Below, piece by piece: positions 47,937-60,452 of a stretch of 62,206 nt of DNA. A program made the position numbers and the translations under genes. The stretch lies in NCBI GenBank assembly GCA_032718475.1, contig JAUCBJ010000987.1:1-62206 (forward strand), given 5' to 3'. Under the pieces are notes generated by a model. That model was given only the letters and a program-made list of their open reading frames with translations. It had not been told where the DNA came from and made no database searches. The stretch is from Nemertoderma westbladi (lineage: Eukaryota > Animalia > Xenacoelomorpha). Position 1 is the first letter of the stretch. Each line of letters starts with the position of its first letter.

Positions 47937-49493
47937 CTACAGCGCCTGTAACTCTGCACGAGGGACAGTCATGTATTTGACCGGCATTGTCTTTGATCTA
48001 GAAGTCACAAAGGCCGTCTCAAACTTGTCCTGACTTACCTCTCGGCGAAGGTAGGCTACCATACCAAAGCCGGTGTCACTTGCGTCACTAAATAAGTGGA
48101 GTTCGAGATCAGCTGGAAATACCAGCTGATTCGGAAAGTAGGAACGGGGTACATCTATATTTTTCAATAGATGCAACTCGGCTTCCCACTCCCTCCACTG
48201 CTTTGCATGTATAGGAGATATTGGTTCGTCCCACTCTACGTCGGACAACCAAATTTTCCTCATGCACGCTCGTGCCTGTAATATAACCGGACTGATAAAG
48301 TTCATTGGGTCAAATAGTCTACTTAATGTCGATAAGCAAATCCTCTTTGTCAAAACTTTGTCTGGGCTACTGGGCTCAAATCTAACTCTTACCTGGAACT
48401 TATCCGTATTCGGGTTCCAAGCGAGTCCCAGTACTCGCGCCATGGGGATTGGTTCTACCCCCAATTCTATGTCTCCGCTCCCGCGATCTTTCACCGGGAA
48501 CGATTCTAATAGGGCCTCCGAGTTAGTAGTGAACTTGGTCAGAGGAAATCCCCCTGTAGCCAAGCACTCTTGCAGGCCGTGAGCCACTTCTATGGCTTGT
48601 TCCGCCGTGTCCTTGGACACCAATCCGTCGTCCATGTAGAAGTTTCTCAAGATGGACTCGATAACCTCTACTGGGTACTTACCAATCTGGGCTGTTGCCG
48701 TTTTCTTTAAAACGAACAGCGTGCCATTTGGACTATCGCGGGCGCCAAATATCCTAATGTACATCTGGTATGTAACCACTGGGCCGGATAAGTCTTCATT
48801 CTCATACCAGAGAAAGCGAAGGCTATCCTGGTCTGCCTTACAGGCTCTTACCTGGTGGAACATCGCCTCGATGTCACAAGTAAATGCGAATCGCCGCTGT
48901 CTAAAACGCAACAGTATTCCAATCAAATAGTTATTCAGGTTGGGACCATCCATCAACTCTGAATTCAGGGACATACCTCTGTAGACTGCTGCGCAGTCGT
49001 TGACTACTCGGACTTTGTCAGGCTTGTCAGGGTGAGTCACATAGTGGTGTGGAAGGTAATAAGTCTGGTCTGTCACTAAGTCAGGGTCCTCTACCTTCCC
49101 AGCAAATCCCTTGGCGAAATAGTTGTTGATCTGGGCGCAATACTTCTCCCTAATGTCCGGATTCTTTAACAACCGAGCCCTTACTCCGTTTAATCTTTTC
49201 AAGGCTAAGTTGTAGTTGTTCTCCAACTTAGGTGGTTGTCGACGCCACAACATTCCAACTTCAAAATGTCCAGTCGGTAGCAGACGTATGGTATCTTCCA
49301 TCATCTCCAGCGACAGTTTCTCATCAGTAGACATGGCTAGGTCATATCCACCGGGTTCCATTGCGTCCCTATCCAGCCATTCGACGGTTCTGGCTCCTGT
49401 CTCGAGGTCCTGGCGTATCAATTCCTTCTGTAGCTCCTCCTCACTGTATTGGAAAATGTCTAGGTCTCGATATTTAGCCACTTGACCCTCCAC
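47937..49493 (-). CDS. pol: reverse transcriptase and Pao RNase H N-part
   Basis: YYLPHH, KVRVVND, DIEAMFHQ, FYMDD, LHLFSDAS and PRAEL motifs. A 1-bp deletion lies near 47942. Confidence 0.95.
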   Translation of the reverse strand: MEGQVAKYRDLDIFQYSEEELQKELIRQDLETGARTVEWLDRDAMEPGGYDLAMSTDEKLSLEMMEDTIRLLPTGHFEVGMLWRRQPPKLENNYNLALKRLNGVRARLLKNPDIREKYCAQINNYFAKGFAGKVEDPDLVTDQTYYLPHHYVTHPDKPDKVRVVNDCAAVYRGMSLNSELMDGPNLNNYLIGILLRFRQRRFAFTCDIEAMFHQVRACKADQDSLRFLWYENEDLSGPVVTYQMYIRIFGARDSPNGTLFVLKKTATAQIGKYPVEVIESILRNFYMDDGLVSKDTAEQAIEVAHGLQECLATGGFPLTKFTTNSEALLESFPVKDRGSGDIELGVEPIPMARVLGLAWNPNTDKFQVRVRFEPSSPDKVLTKRICLSTLSRLFDPMNFISPVILQARACMRKIWLSDVEWDEPISPIHAKQWREWEAELHLLKNIDVPRSYFPNQLVFPADLELHLFSDASDTGFGMVAYLRREVSQDKFETAFVTSRSKTMPVKYMTVPRAELQAL

Positions 49494-52400
49494 TATCTGG
49501 GTTCGCTATCTGTCTGGTCATTGTGGAGTGGTTCCGACAACCTAACATTATCGGGAATCAACTCCTCGTCCGACTCGCTAAAGTCACTATAGTGGTCAAT
49601 ACAGGTTCTCCTAAACTCGTCTATGTCTGGTGGTTCTACTAATGGTGGTTGAGTTATAGGCTGTAATTCTTCGCATCTGTCTATTGGCTTGTCGCCACCT
49701 GTAAACTCATAAGACATGGGTACTCTTGTATACCAACCTAGTATGGTCCTATGGGCATGTGGTCCGTTGACATGCGGCTCAGCTGGTCTTGTTTCCCATA
49801 TTTGGTGTGCGATCAGCTGTTCTGCACCAATCAACATAGAAACATTCCTATAACCTACCTGGTGTCTGGGTATCCTGAGCTTGTCAAAATACTCCTGTGC
49901 TATGGGACTCATCGGCGGCACCTTACCTAACTGCCTGCCGAATCCCTTCATAGCTAGACACTTAAATCCGTCCAATGGCAAAGCTTTCCGTTCTTGTCGA
50001 GTGTGTCGGTCTCTCGGAAGTAGGGAGTCTAGTTCCACCGAAATTCTGTGTCCCTTGAGGTCACCTACCCCATGCATAGACTTCAACTCTATTTGGATCT
50101 CCTCTGCGTCCTGGAAGCTAGAAACAGCTCTCGCCACTTCCTCGTCGATATACGATAATGTGGACGCAGTGTCCAACATCACATATATTCGCTTTGATCC
50201 CTTATCTCCAGTAAGTTTCACTGGAATCACGCTGAATATTTCCGACGTGGCCGATGATAAATACGTCCGCGCGCTGGTCGATGAACTATCCGCAGTGAAA
50301 CCTTGGCAGGTCACTTCTCTCGCGCTCGACTCGCCATCCTCGTCCGACGAACCTGGTTGGTAACCATCGTCCTGGATGCCAGTGTACGTATTCCTCCTTA
50401 TCGATACGGGTTCTTTGCTCCCCTTCCTGTGAGGATTTCGCTGTAAGTAACGGTCCGTTGGGGTATGGAAATCCGCATGTAGCAACTTGTGATGTAGTCT
50501 GCCGCATTCCATGCATCCGTCCTTGCTGTTCGGGCACTGCCGCCGTACATGACCTGGCGCAAGACATGCCCAACAGGTGTCCAACGTCCGCACTTGAACT
50601 CTTCTTTGTTCCGAATTTAATTCTTTGAACCGTCTGCAACTATCTAACTTATGGTCGTCAGATCTTACCTCCTTTAGTAAACAGTATTGGCAACCTACAA
50701 ATCCATCCGGCAACTCCTGTTGCTTTAACCTAGGTTTATCTAACCGCTCACCTGACCATACTCGCGAGTCTGATCTAAAGGCTGGGGTACTCGAATTATA
50801 TTTGTCTACTGAGTTAAATGTCACAGTGGTCCTGTCATCGTCAAAACTTACCATAGACTTACCGGTAACAGGTTTAGACTCTCTCATATTCTCTTCTGAG
50901 AAGTTTGATTTCATCTCTGCTACTGCGTCTGTGGCTATCATGTCATGAATATGCTGAAGTGTCAATACTTTACCTTGGCCCTCCAACTTATTCTCTAATT
51001 TGCGCCATTTCTGTCTGTAACGCATGTTTAAACGTCTTATTACGCTCTTTAAAACTTCGGCGTGATCACCATGATGAGGTAGATTCACCGTCTTCAAGAT
51101 GTCCAATGCGTTCGAAATAGCGTTCGCTAAGTTCAACAGCTCTAACGGAGTTGTAATCCTTTCGCCCTTACCCAAGTCTTCTACTATCGACTGCGCCATC
51201 TTGGTTTTATTCCCGTAGATGTCACTAAGCGTCTTCATCGCTAACTCAAATGCTCTCTCATTGCCGACGAAGTTGTCAGCAATGGCTCTAGGTTCTCGAT
51301 GGAGCATCTGAAGCAAATAGTTGAACTTCTCGTTGGGAGTAAAGGTGCTGTTGGTCAGCTGCTCGTCGACATAGGTTTTGAAGGTCCTCCAGTGCTTGTG
51401 GTTGCCCATAAACTTCTGGGGTTGTTGCGTCGGCAGTCCTTGCCTAGCAGCAAACTTACCTATGTCCCTAAGGGTTGCGTCGTTCCGGGTTAACAAATGG
51501 TTTAGTTCCGCAGGGTTGTTAAGTCTGGTCCTTTCCCGGTGGTTCAAACTTACCTGCTCCGCGTCCGTCCTTCTTTCCTTATAGTTTCGGAACTTCTGAC
51601 GTCTCATGTCTTCCTCTTCATCGCTTGACTCGGTGTCAGTCCTTAGCGCTCGCGATGGTTTGCGCGCCGAGGCCCTGACCCAGGCCTCCTCAATAAATCT
51701 TTCCGCCGAATTTTCGAAATTGGGATTATGGTTATTTGGGACAGGCGTCCTTACCTGAGGTCTATGTGGTATAGTCTCCTCCGATATGCGTACTCGTTGA
51801 CTAGGCTGGACTTTGTCTAACTCAGGCCTGCTAGGATTTGAATTACTTCTTACCTGGGCTGCTTCCTTTAACCGTAGGTTGCTAAGCATGTCCGTTATAG
51901 GTTGGATGTGCGGCGATATAGCTTGCGCTAAACTAGCACTTAACTCATCCCTCGTAATAAATTCCTGGCTAGGGTTCTGTTGTATAGTCGGCTCTATCTG
52001 AGTAATCCGCTGTCTCTCATATGATCCCTCTTCCGGTTTAACCCGGAAGTTCTCCGTCGAACTGGGTCGGCGCTCCATCCGCGTATTCCAAACCCGCGGG
52101 TTCGGTTCGCCCAATACTCGTCCCGTTGGAGTTTCTTCTCTAAATTCTCCGTTGTCTCGTTCGGTATACAGTGGTGCGGTGTTCCGATGACGTAGATCCT
52201 GCGCGATAGGTGAAGCACTAATACCAACTGGCGTGCGATATGTAGAGAATGGTTTAGCGATCCGTGTACTCGTAATAGCCGGACCGGGTATAGGAATTCT
52301 GGTCGTCGTCGACTCGCGTATGGTCGGAGTTCTCGCTTCCTGTTCGGCCTTCTGCAGTGCGAACAGTTCTCGCAACTCGGTCCCTACACTCGCCCCACAT

Positions 52401-53893
52401 TCTTCGATCATTCGCATCCCCTTCTCGGCGATTTCATTCGCCTTCCTGGTCCGTTCTTCGCTCTCTAAATCTAATCTCGCACTTTCCAACTGCGCCAGTT
52501 TACGTTCTTCTTCTTCCCTCGCTCGTCTCGCTACGCCCTCTTCTTCCAGTCGCGCCTTTTCTTCATACAACATCTGTCGCTCCTTCTCGATCTCGAGTTC
52601 GCGTTCTTTCCGTTCGCGTTCGAGTTGGAGTTCGCGCTTCTTCGCTTCCTGATCGCGTTCGAGTTGGAGTTCGCGTTTCTTCGCTTCCCGTTCGCGTTCA
52701 AGTTGGAGTTCGCGTTCCTTCTGTTCGCGTTCCGCTTGCTCACGCTTACCTTTGTCTTCCAACTCCCGCAACTTTGCGTCTAACTTACGTGCACGCTCCC
52801 GTTCCCGCTCAGCTTCCTTCCGTGCTTCCGATGCACGCAAAACTTCCGCCTGCTGTTCGTCCAGTCGGCGTCTTCTCTCCTCCGCCGAGTTGTGAGAAAC
52901 AAGGGATCTAGCACATATAACCTTCCCTCGCGCGTGACTAACCTGGGAATCGCCACTGTCTCTGGATGCATCATCGGGTGGAGTCAACGTCCTCTGTTGG
53001 ATGTTCTCCGTCGTCGGTAGCACCTGACCCGGTACCACCACTCCATTCTGCATCAGCCAGCTAGTAACTTCCCTCTGATAACGGCGCTCTTCTTTATCTT
53101 GGATCTCTTCTCGCTCCACTAAGTCTCTTAACTCTGCGTCACTCACTCGAGTCGCCTGCGCTTGTGATGCCCATAGCAGCCAGTTCTCCGTCCTAACTCG
53201 TCGGAATCGCTCCGGTAACTCGCGGTGCTCCAACAAGGCTGCTAAAACCCTGTCGTAAATCCTCGTCGCCACGTCGCTCGACTGAGACTATACTGCCTTC
53301 TTCGCTAGGACTGCAAGCTCCTCCGTCTGCTTGAATAACGCTGAGTTATATCCTCTTCTAATCTCTACTAACTCTACCCTCCCGATGTTCGCTGAGTCAG
53401 CTAACATCTTCCTTACCTTGTCCGTCGTCCGAGTTATATGTCCGGCGTGCGCGCGAAGTTTCTTCTTTATCGCAATGTCTAGTTCTCTCTCGCTTACCTG
53501 ACTCACACTCGGTGGACTTGAAGGATTATTTCGGGAACTACGGGTACTCCTTACAGCCGTCGGGACCACGGCACTTACCATACCCACAGGGCTGGAAACC
53601 GGGCTCCGGGCTCTCGCTTCTGCTACACTACCCTCCCTATCACTCACCTCCGTCCGGGCTGCTGTACAATCCTTCCTTACAGTAGTGGTAGGGGATCCTA
53701 ATACTATTACTGGAGGTTGTTCTTCTTCCTCACTAGTCACTGTCTCGTCCTCCTGTTCACTTACGTCAGCGTCGCTCGCTGCGTCGTCATAGTCGGCATT
53801 GTCGTCAACAGTAATATTTACGCTATCGTCAGTCGGCGGTCCGGCCGCCGTCTCATAGCTGTCCTCTAGTGCCTCTTTATCTGAGACACTCAT
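49493..53893 (-). CDS. gag and protease, with an in-frame TAG at 53288-53290
   Basis: ORFs 53288-53893 and 49493-53272 are in frame. Motifs KFMG..KHWRTF, CWACLAPGHVRRQC...CMECGRLHHKLLH and MLDTAS. Confidence 0.9.
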
Positions 53894-55074
53894 AGTCTAA
53901 ATAATGTTTGCCTTCCGGCAAAAATATCTCGCAAAAGTTCGAGATATAATTATAATTTAACCGAAATACGGTCAAATTAATTGTCTAATAATCAGTTGGT
54001 CCAAAATGTCAAATAAATTCGCAATGCAATATTGTGAATTTAATGGGGTATATAGTTATAGCAAATACTAGCACAATATTTAAACAAAAATATTATTATA
54101 TAGCTATTATATAGCATTAAATACCGGTATAGCACAAAATAACTTTGAATCTAATACAAAATATTCAAAATAAACTCGCCACCCGAATATTTCTAATTTT
54201 ATATATAGCTCTAATCAACGTAATTTTAATTTCAAATATTATATGTATCCACTAGCGCGTGGCTACATCTTCGGGTTGCGACTCTCTCTAACTCTCTCTC
54301 TAACTTGAGCGATTCAAAAAACCATGGCCGGCTAAACCTAAATATCCTAACTAATAAATTGAGTTCAGCTTCGCAGTTAAACAACCGATAATTTTTTACT
54401 GCTTCCACAAACACACTGGTGCCAACAGAACAACTAACCTTGTTTGCTGTGAGATTCCACGTCCGCGTCCAAAGATTCAGGCTCTCCGCTGATTGCAAAC
54501 CGAACCCGCAGACCCACACGAACCCCAAACTCAGAAGTTCCGTCTTGCCATGTATCTCCAGATGGTATAAAATAACTAAGCGGTTACCTAACATACCGGT
54601 ACAAAACTCTAGAATTTTACAAAATAATTTTGACCGAAACTGAATTCTCGCAAACCTAGCTAAAATTTTCAAAAAAAACTTACTAATTACAATTTGCCCT
54701 AAGGCCTAAGGAACTGCTGTATTCGCAATTAGCAAAAACGCACTACCGTACTTCCACTGTACGCAGTACAGTAAGTAAAACAGTACACCAACCTAACAGC
54801 CTAATTGATACTGTGTGTGTGGTACGGCAAACAAATGTCCTTCTACCGTACGCAGTAACAGCAATCAGCCTAATGTACTACTGTACTATCGTACGCGACC
54901 AGTGAATACAGTAATCTAAACTAACAGCCTAAAGGAATATACTCAATGTCTTACTGTACGCTAGCCTATAGCCTACAGCAGACGATCACGTGCTCTAATT
55001 TATTACTTAATACTGTGATACTACTATCAGCCTAAGAATACACTATTGACTGCTGCAAGCAACAGCCAATAAAG

Positions 55075-55086
55075 TGCGCGTATTAC
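55075..55086 (-). promoter_or_regulatory. Non-tRNA primer-binding-site candidate of C (sense GTAATACGCGCA)
   Basis: Flush with the 5' LTR. 11 nt form an inverted match to 56156-56166 and 39605-39615. Confidence 0.65.
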
Positions 55087-57241
55087 TGATAAACAACCGC
55101 GACCTCTATACTAACAGCAGAACTGTTGAACAGACAAATACCCGTTAATATCCTTCTGCCAACCTAATGAGCTCTCGTCTAACCAATAAGACACAAAGAC
55201 TGCTCTACTGTTAAGTAAAGGGGATCAGGAGCGTGATATTACTAAATTGTAAAGGTTGCTAAATACAAAACCGCTACTTACCGTTAGATGGCGCTAATCT
55301 GCCGTCCGCTAATATATTTACTAAATTTACACAACTCCTGCAAAATCGCTTGTTCCTTTCTCTACCGATCGTTCGATAGAGAGCTAACTGTTCGAATCTA
55401 TGAGCCACGCGGGAATAACCAAAACAATAAACCCGAGTCGGCTCCCTAAGCTTACTTAAGACGAGTGCGAGAGGCTTTGCACTCAGAGTATTCTTACGCC
55501 TAATTTTACCACTATCAAAGCACGCTATTGCCTACGTCCTTTCTAATCGCGAATACTGGGGGTTCCCTAACGTAATGTGTGAATGCGAGAATATTTAAAA
55601 TATCAAAATGGTACAGTATTTGTCTTTACGTGGATAGTATCACTCTGGGTCTAAACTTGCCTGCCGCTGGCTTTAGGCCAGCAAATTACTAGCGTATTGT
55701 GTGTACCGAATAGTGCGATCTAGCTGATTGCCCGCTAATGCAAATAACCGCTCAGCGTGAATAGTTTACAGTACTCCAATTATTACCTTAGCTACTCTCC
55801 GCTATGCTGCGTACTAATTCTTAATTTTTACTAATCAATTACAGTCACAAATATGTAACAGCGTACTAATTACTAAGAGTTCCAGAACGCGTAATTCTAA
55901 TTTACTACGCAACAGGTTTCGCTAGTAACAGCCTAAATTGCCGTATTACTTTGACCTAATCAGTAACTAATTGTTGTAACTAAGAAATAGAAATCAATCA
56001 AAGAGAAAGGGGCGCCTACCTAAACATTCATAATCATAGGCACACTTCAGTAACACACCAATCAGCATCAGCAATCACAGTTCGCAATTATGCAGTTAAC
56101 TACTGTATAGCTCACAATTATGCGATTCACTATTCGTACTCCACACTCAACGTTATAATACGCGCAGGCCTCTCCCGGATACATCTAGGCTTCCTAACTA
56201 ACCCGATTCCTGCCCCCCTAATACTAAATAGAGACGAAACCTGGATCATCAGCCCCCTAGTTACTGTACCGGCGAATGGTCTGCGTGTTACAGTGCAAAT
56301 GCCCGCCCGCAACGGTGACCTCCCCGCCAGCGTTGCCCGTCTTTGAATCCTCCGCTCTCCCCTAGTCGCTCAACCCCCCGATGTGCCCACCGCCTACTGG
56401 CACCTTAGCCCTCCATTATGCTAATAGCTACCGTAGCGGCGCATGCAAATCACAAAGTCTGACAGTCTCAGAAATCCCTTAGGATTATTGCTTAGAAAGG
56501 AATCACATAGAACCATTAACAAAGATGTAGCAGTAATCGATAGGATTAATTGAGAAACACAATCAAGAATAATCGCACTAGCAAATCATTTGGAGAAATT
56601 AATCGAAAACAGCAAATTGCAGAAATACGCTAAAATATCAGTCAAAAAATGAATAGAGACAGCTCAGCAAGTACAAGGGTGATAGATAGAGCTCTACCGG
56701 CACACCGCCAATTTATAGGTGATCCGAGTGGGATGATGCAATAGGGTGACTCAATCGCTCTCCAGTCCGCGCTAGCATTAAACCAAGCTGGAAGCAGTTA
56801 GTCCAATAAGGAGGCCGGATTGTAGCCCTATTGCTCCCCAAACCTCAAATTATTACCATATATGGTAATGGATCATGTTCCTGGCTGCTGAATGGCCAGG
56901 ACAGCGTCCCTATATGCTAGCCCTATTGAAGCTAATATCAGCAAGCACGAAATCCAGGGTCCGAATAAACTTGCTACCCTGGAACTATCTACATATATCC
57001 TAATACAAAATTACGTAGGTAGGGCTACATATTATACAAAATGGATGGATTCAAATATATGGGCGTTTTGGTTTCCCTATCTAAATATCATTGTGCTATT
57101 ATGCCTTATCTAAAATATTATGCTGCACAACGGACTAACATTGCGTACAGTATAACGGACTAATATATTATACTGTATAATGAACCAATATATTATACTG
57201 TATAATGGCTAATAATGTGTACAGCGCCATATACCGTAACA
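55087..57241 (-). repeat. 5' LTR of C (2155 bp)
   Basis: Sense TGTTACG...TTTATCA. Candidate TATAAA near 56713-56718. Confidence 0.95.
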
Positions 57242-57884
57242 CCGGGGGTTAATTTAACTATAACAGTATGCATAACAAGCATAATTACTGTAAGGAATAA
57301 ACTTGGGGACATGAAGGTTGCAATTACTTGCATAAACTCTGAATAATAAATATTACGCTACCCGTACAGACTATTCAAATAAAACACAGACCAAATGCTG
57401 GCAAGTTACCGTCAAGCCTAAATAAACCACAGTATATGCAATCTCCGAAATGGTTAGTTAGTAAGCGTTCTAGACTACATAGTACGACTTATTCCTTCGC
57501 GGAGGGTTTACCTTATAGCACTGGATGCCTCAACTTTCCTAACTAGCACTTTATCGGACAGACACTCTACATACACTGCAATCTCCTCAGACCTAACAAC
57601 AATCAGACAACAATCCGGCCTACAAGTTATTTATACAATCTGAGCAGGCTTACACGCCTTCTGCTCAATATTACACTTACCGATAAATAAAACTGACAGG
57701 AATAAGTAAACCATACAAGGAGTAAAGGGGTGATCAATCCCTAATCCCCTAATAGCCTACAATATACAATATTTCCCAATCAAATAATACTGGATAAAGT
57801 ACCGGTTCGGGTTAACTAGGCCTACAATATACCGTCCGACCAGTACGTTTCGGTTTTATTGCCTACTGAGCAATAAAAGAAATA

Positions 57885-57895
57885 AAATCTATTAA
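57885..57895 (-). promoter_or_regulatory. Non-tRNA primer-binding-site candidate of A2 (sense TTAATAGATTT)
   Basis: Flush with the LTR and an exact inverted match of 58590-58600. Confidence 0.65.
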
Positions 57896-58937
57896 TGTTC
57901 GTGCTTTTAGACCTTTTAGCAGTTAACCTGCCAATTTAAATGTGCCTTTAATTATAAATCAACTTTTGCCCTTACCAATTACCTGGTGTACTGAATTTAC
58001 ATCCGCCGAAGCCAGTCCGTGCACGGCGTATGACCCATTATGTGGGAGACTGGATTCGGGTCCAGAGAAAGTTATTGCGGTGTAGGCTACTTTGTATTAT
58101 TCGATTAATCGCTACTATATAATCTCTGACAACTATATTTACTTTCGGGGAAATATTAACAGTTCCTTTAGGATGTGGCACTTTAAGTATAAAACAGAGT
58201 TATGACTTACACTAATCACAACTAGATGGCTATGGAATCTCGTAAATAGCGCATTCTTTAGGAGATGCTTTATTAACTTTCACACTAATTTTTCGACCGT
58301 CACTGATTTTGATCATATATAAGGAGGATTGTAACTCACACACGTAGGGATTATGAAATAGCATTTAATCCACACAAAAACCACTATAATTTGAGTCGCA
58401 GTTGTTACCAGTAGACCCTTCTGCTTACCTCAGTAATTAAGAAAGTTCAGGGGTTTACGATTATTCATCGGTATTTTCCAAATATAACATCCATTAATAT
58501 AAACAGCAATTAACAACAATATAAAACAGCATTAAGACAGTGCAGTGAACAGTCAGTATGTGTATGCGGTGATATGATGTGAAACAAGGTTAATAGATTT
58601 ACGTTCTTATAACTCCAGCCATCAGATGTTCTTGGGCCAAAGTCTGAAACGTTTGTACGAGTACTGAATCCCGAAAGGAATAGGATTCTCAGAAAAACAA
58701 TAACTGCGCATGCACCAATTTCCACAGGTAAGTCTCTATTGGCTTAACTGGGAACATTGCTCTGATTGGCTGAAATATACCCAAACAAAGGAACCTCCAA
58801 GTACACAAAGAATCAGCTGACAGATTTCGTCATCTTGGTTCTAATTTCTGACCGACGCGTAGTTGAACAATTTTAGGCCTTTTTAGAGTATTCAGCGCAT
58901 TGTGTAAAAATGACTTATGTCCACAAAAGCTTTTACA
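57896..58937 (-). repeat. 5' LTR of A2 (~1.04 kb)
   Basis: Homologous to 3820-5058 and 28525-28641. Followed by the TSD GACAA. Confidence 0.82.
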
Positions 58938-59217
58938 GACAACTCTACACTACTACGACTGGCAGACCTGAAATTCGGATACTGCCTTCGGTGTCCGGCA
59001 TTCAAGTTAATTAAATACACCCAAAATCATCGAAAATGGAACTAATAAAGTAACTATCACCTGAACGTGAATTTCTAATCATTTTCGAGCGCAGAAACTC
59101 AGGTGAATTACAGGACGTTTATATTTTTGTAATATAATGTATATTGATTAACATACTATACTGGGTTTACTTGTTCTAATCTGCTCGCAGTTTATATTAT
59201 AGATATACAGTATATGG

Positions 59218-60293
59218 GGATGTAGGACAATTCGGTCCCGGACAATACGGTCCCGGACAATTCGGTCCCGGACAATTCGGTCGCGGACAATTCGGTCCCA
59301 AAACACTAAATAAATGGGACCGAATTGTCCGGGACCGAATTGTCCTAGGACCGAATTGTCCTAGGACCGAATTGTCCAGGACCGAATTGTCCGGGACCGA
59401 ATTGTCCGGTTCCTGATAGCAACTTTTTAGTGCTTTTTTGATATTGGTGAATGTTCTAGAACATTAGTAGAGATATTTTTTTATGGTAGCTAGTGTTATA
59501 TACTTGCTAGAATTTTTTGAAATTTTAAAAATACTGTATTTTTTTATTTTTATTATTGGTAGTGTTCGAGAATATTGTTATATATTATTTATTAAGGTGT
59601 AGCTAGTGTTGTTACTAGCTAGCATTTCCTTGAAATTATTAAAACACTTGTGAAAACATTGATATTTCAGAATTAGGCCTAAACTGTTGCTGATTATATT
59701 AATTACCAACAATATTGATGATATTATAACAGTCCCTGAATGAGATCCACCCATTATCTAGGATAATAATTTAGGCTTGTTAACCAACCAACAACACATA
59801 CAGTATACTTACGCAATATATAAAAAAAGTCAGTTTTAAACATTTTAAATACATACCATTACTAGATAGTACATAATTCACAAGCTCCATAAAAACACCA
59901 TAGCTACGATAACTAATAATGTTAACAAAAAAAAGTAAAATTTTCTTTATTTTCAAAAAAATACTAGCTACAGTAGTAAAAAAAAACACTAGCTACCATA
60001 TAATAATATATATTAAGGTTCTAGAACATTTACCATTATATATACCAATTAAATTTGGTCCCGGACAATTCGGTCCTGGACAATTCGGTCCCGGACAATT
60101 CGGTCCCGGACAATTCGGTCCCATTAATATGCATGTTTTGGGACCGAATTGTCCTAGTCAGTATCCGGACAATTTGGTCCCGGACAATTCGGTCCCAAAA
60201 CACAAAATTAATGGGACCGAATTGTCCGGGACTGAATTGTCCGGGACCGAATTGTCCGGACCGAAGTGTCCGGGAACGAATTGTCCAGCTTCC
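59218..60293. mobile_element. MULE-type non-autonomous element with 15-bp subterminal repeat arrays
   Basis: 9-bp TSD AGTATATGG (59209-59217 and 60294-60302). Ends GGATGTAGGACAATTCG / CGAATTGTCCAGCTTCC. GGACAATTCGGTCCC arrays occur in both orientations. Confidence 0.8.
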
Positions 60294-60452
60294 AGTATAT
60301 GGGAGGCCCTCAGCTCAATTTCCCAATCGCTTCACCCCCCCCCCCCCCCCCCAAAATGTAAAAACAAATCAATGGCCCTGAAAAGGGCTCTTAATTAATT
60401 AATTAATAACAGTCGCACAGAAATTAATAATATCCAATTATAAATTTAAAGA

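Larger units (their letters stand above)
38536..57241 (-). mobile_element. Near-complete Bel/Pao LTR retrotransposon (family C), 18.7 kb, with ORF3
   Basis: Two ~2.2-kb LTRs reading TG...CA. TSD CCGGG at 38531-38535 and 57242-57246. Domain order gag-PR-RT-RH-IN with Bel/Pao motifs. Confidence 0.95.
28525..58937 (-). mobile_element. LTR retrotransposon family A, copy A2 (pol lost; hosts B2, a LINE ORF1 piece and element C)
   Basis: TSD GACAA at 28520-28524 and 58938-58942. LTR sequence at both ends. Confidence 0.75.

Noticed and set aside
49485-49510. Programmed -1 frameshift between PR and RT of C, or readthrough at TAG 53288
   Set aside because: No slippery heptamer is visible. Bel/Pao elements usually have one gag-pol ORF, and other single-base lesions are present, so mutation or assembly error is more likely.
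58938-58941. Family A LTR ending at ...TTTTACAGACA (four bases further)
   Set aside because: Ending at 58937 gives a perfect GACAA TSD with 28520-28524, and the A1 flank GACATC is in-frame B1 gag.
59919-60398. GPGQF/TELSG repeat proteins
   Set aside because: They are translations of 15-bp transposon subterminal repeats.
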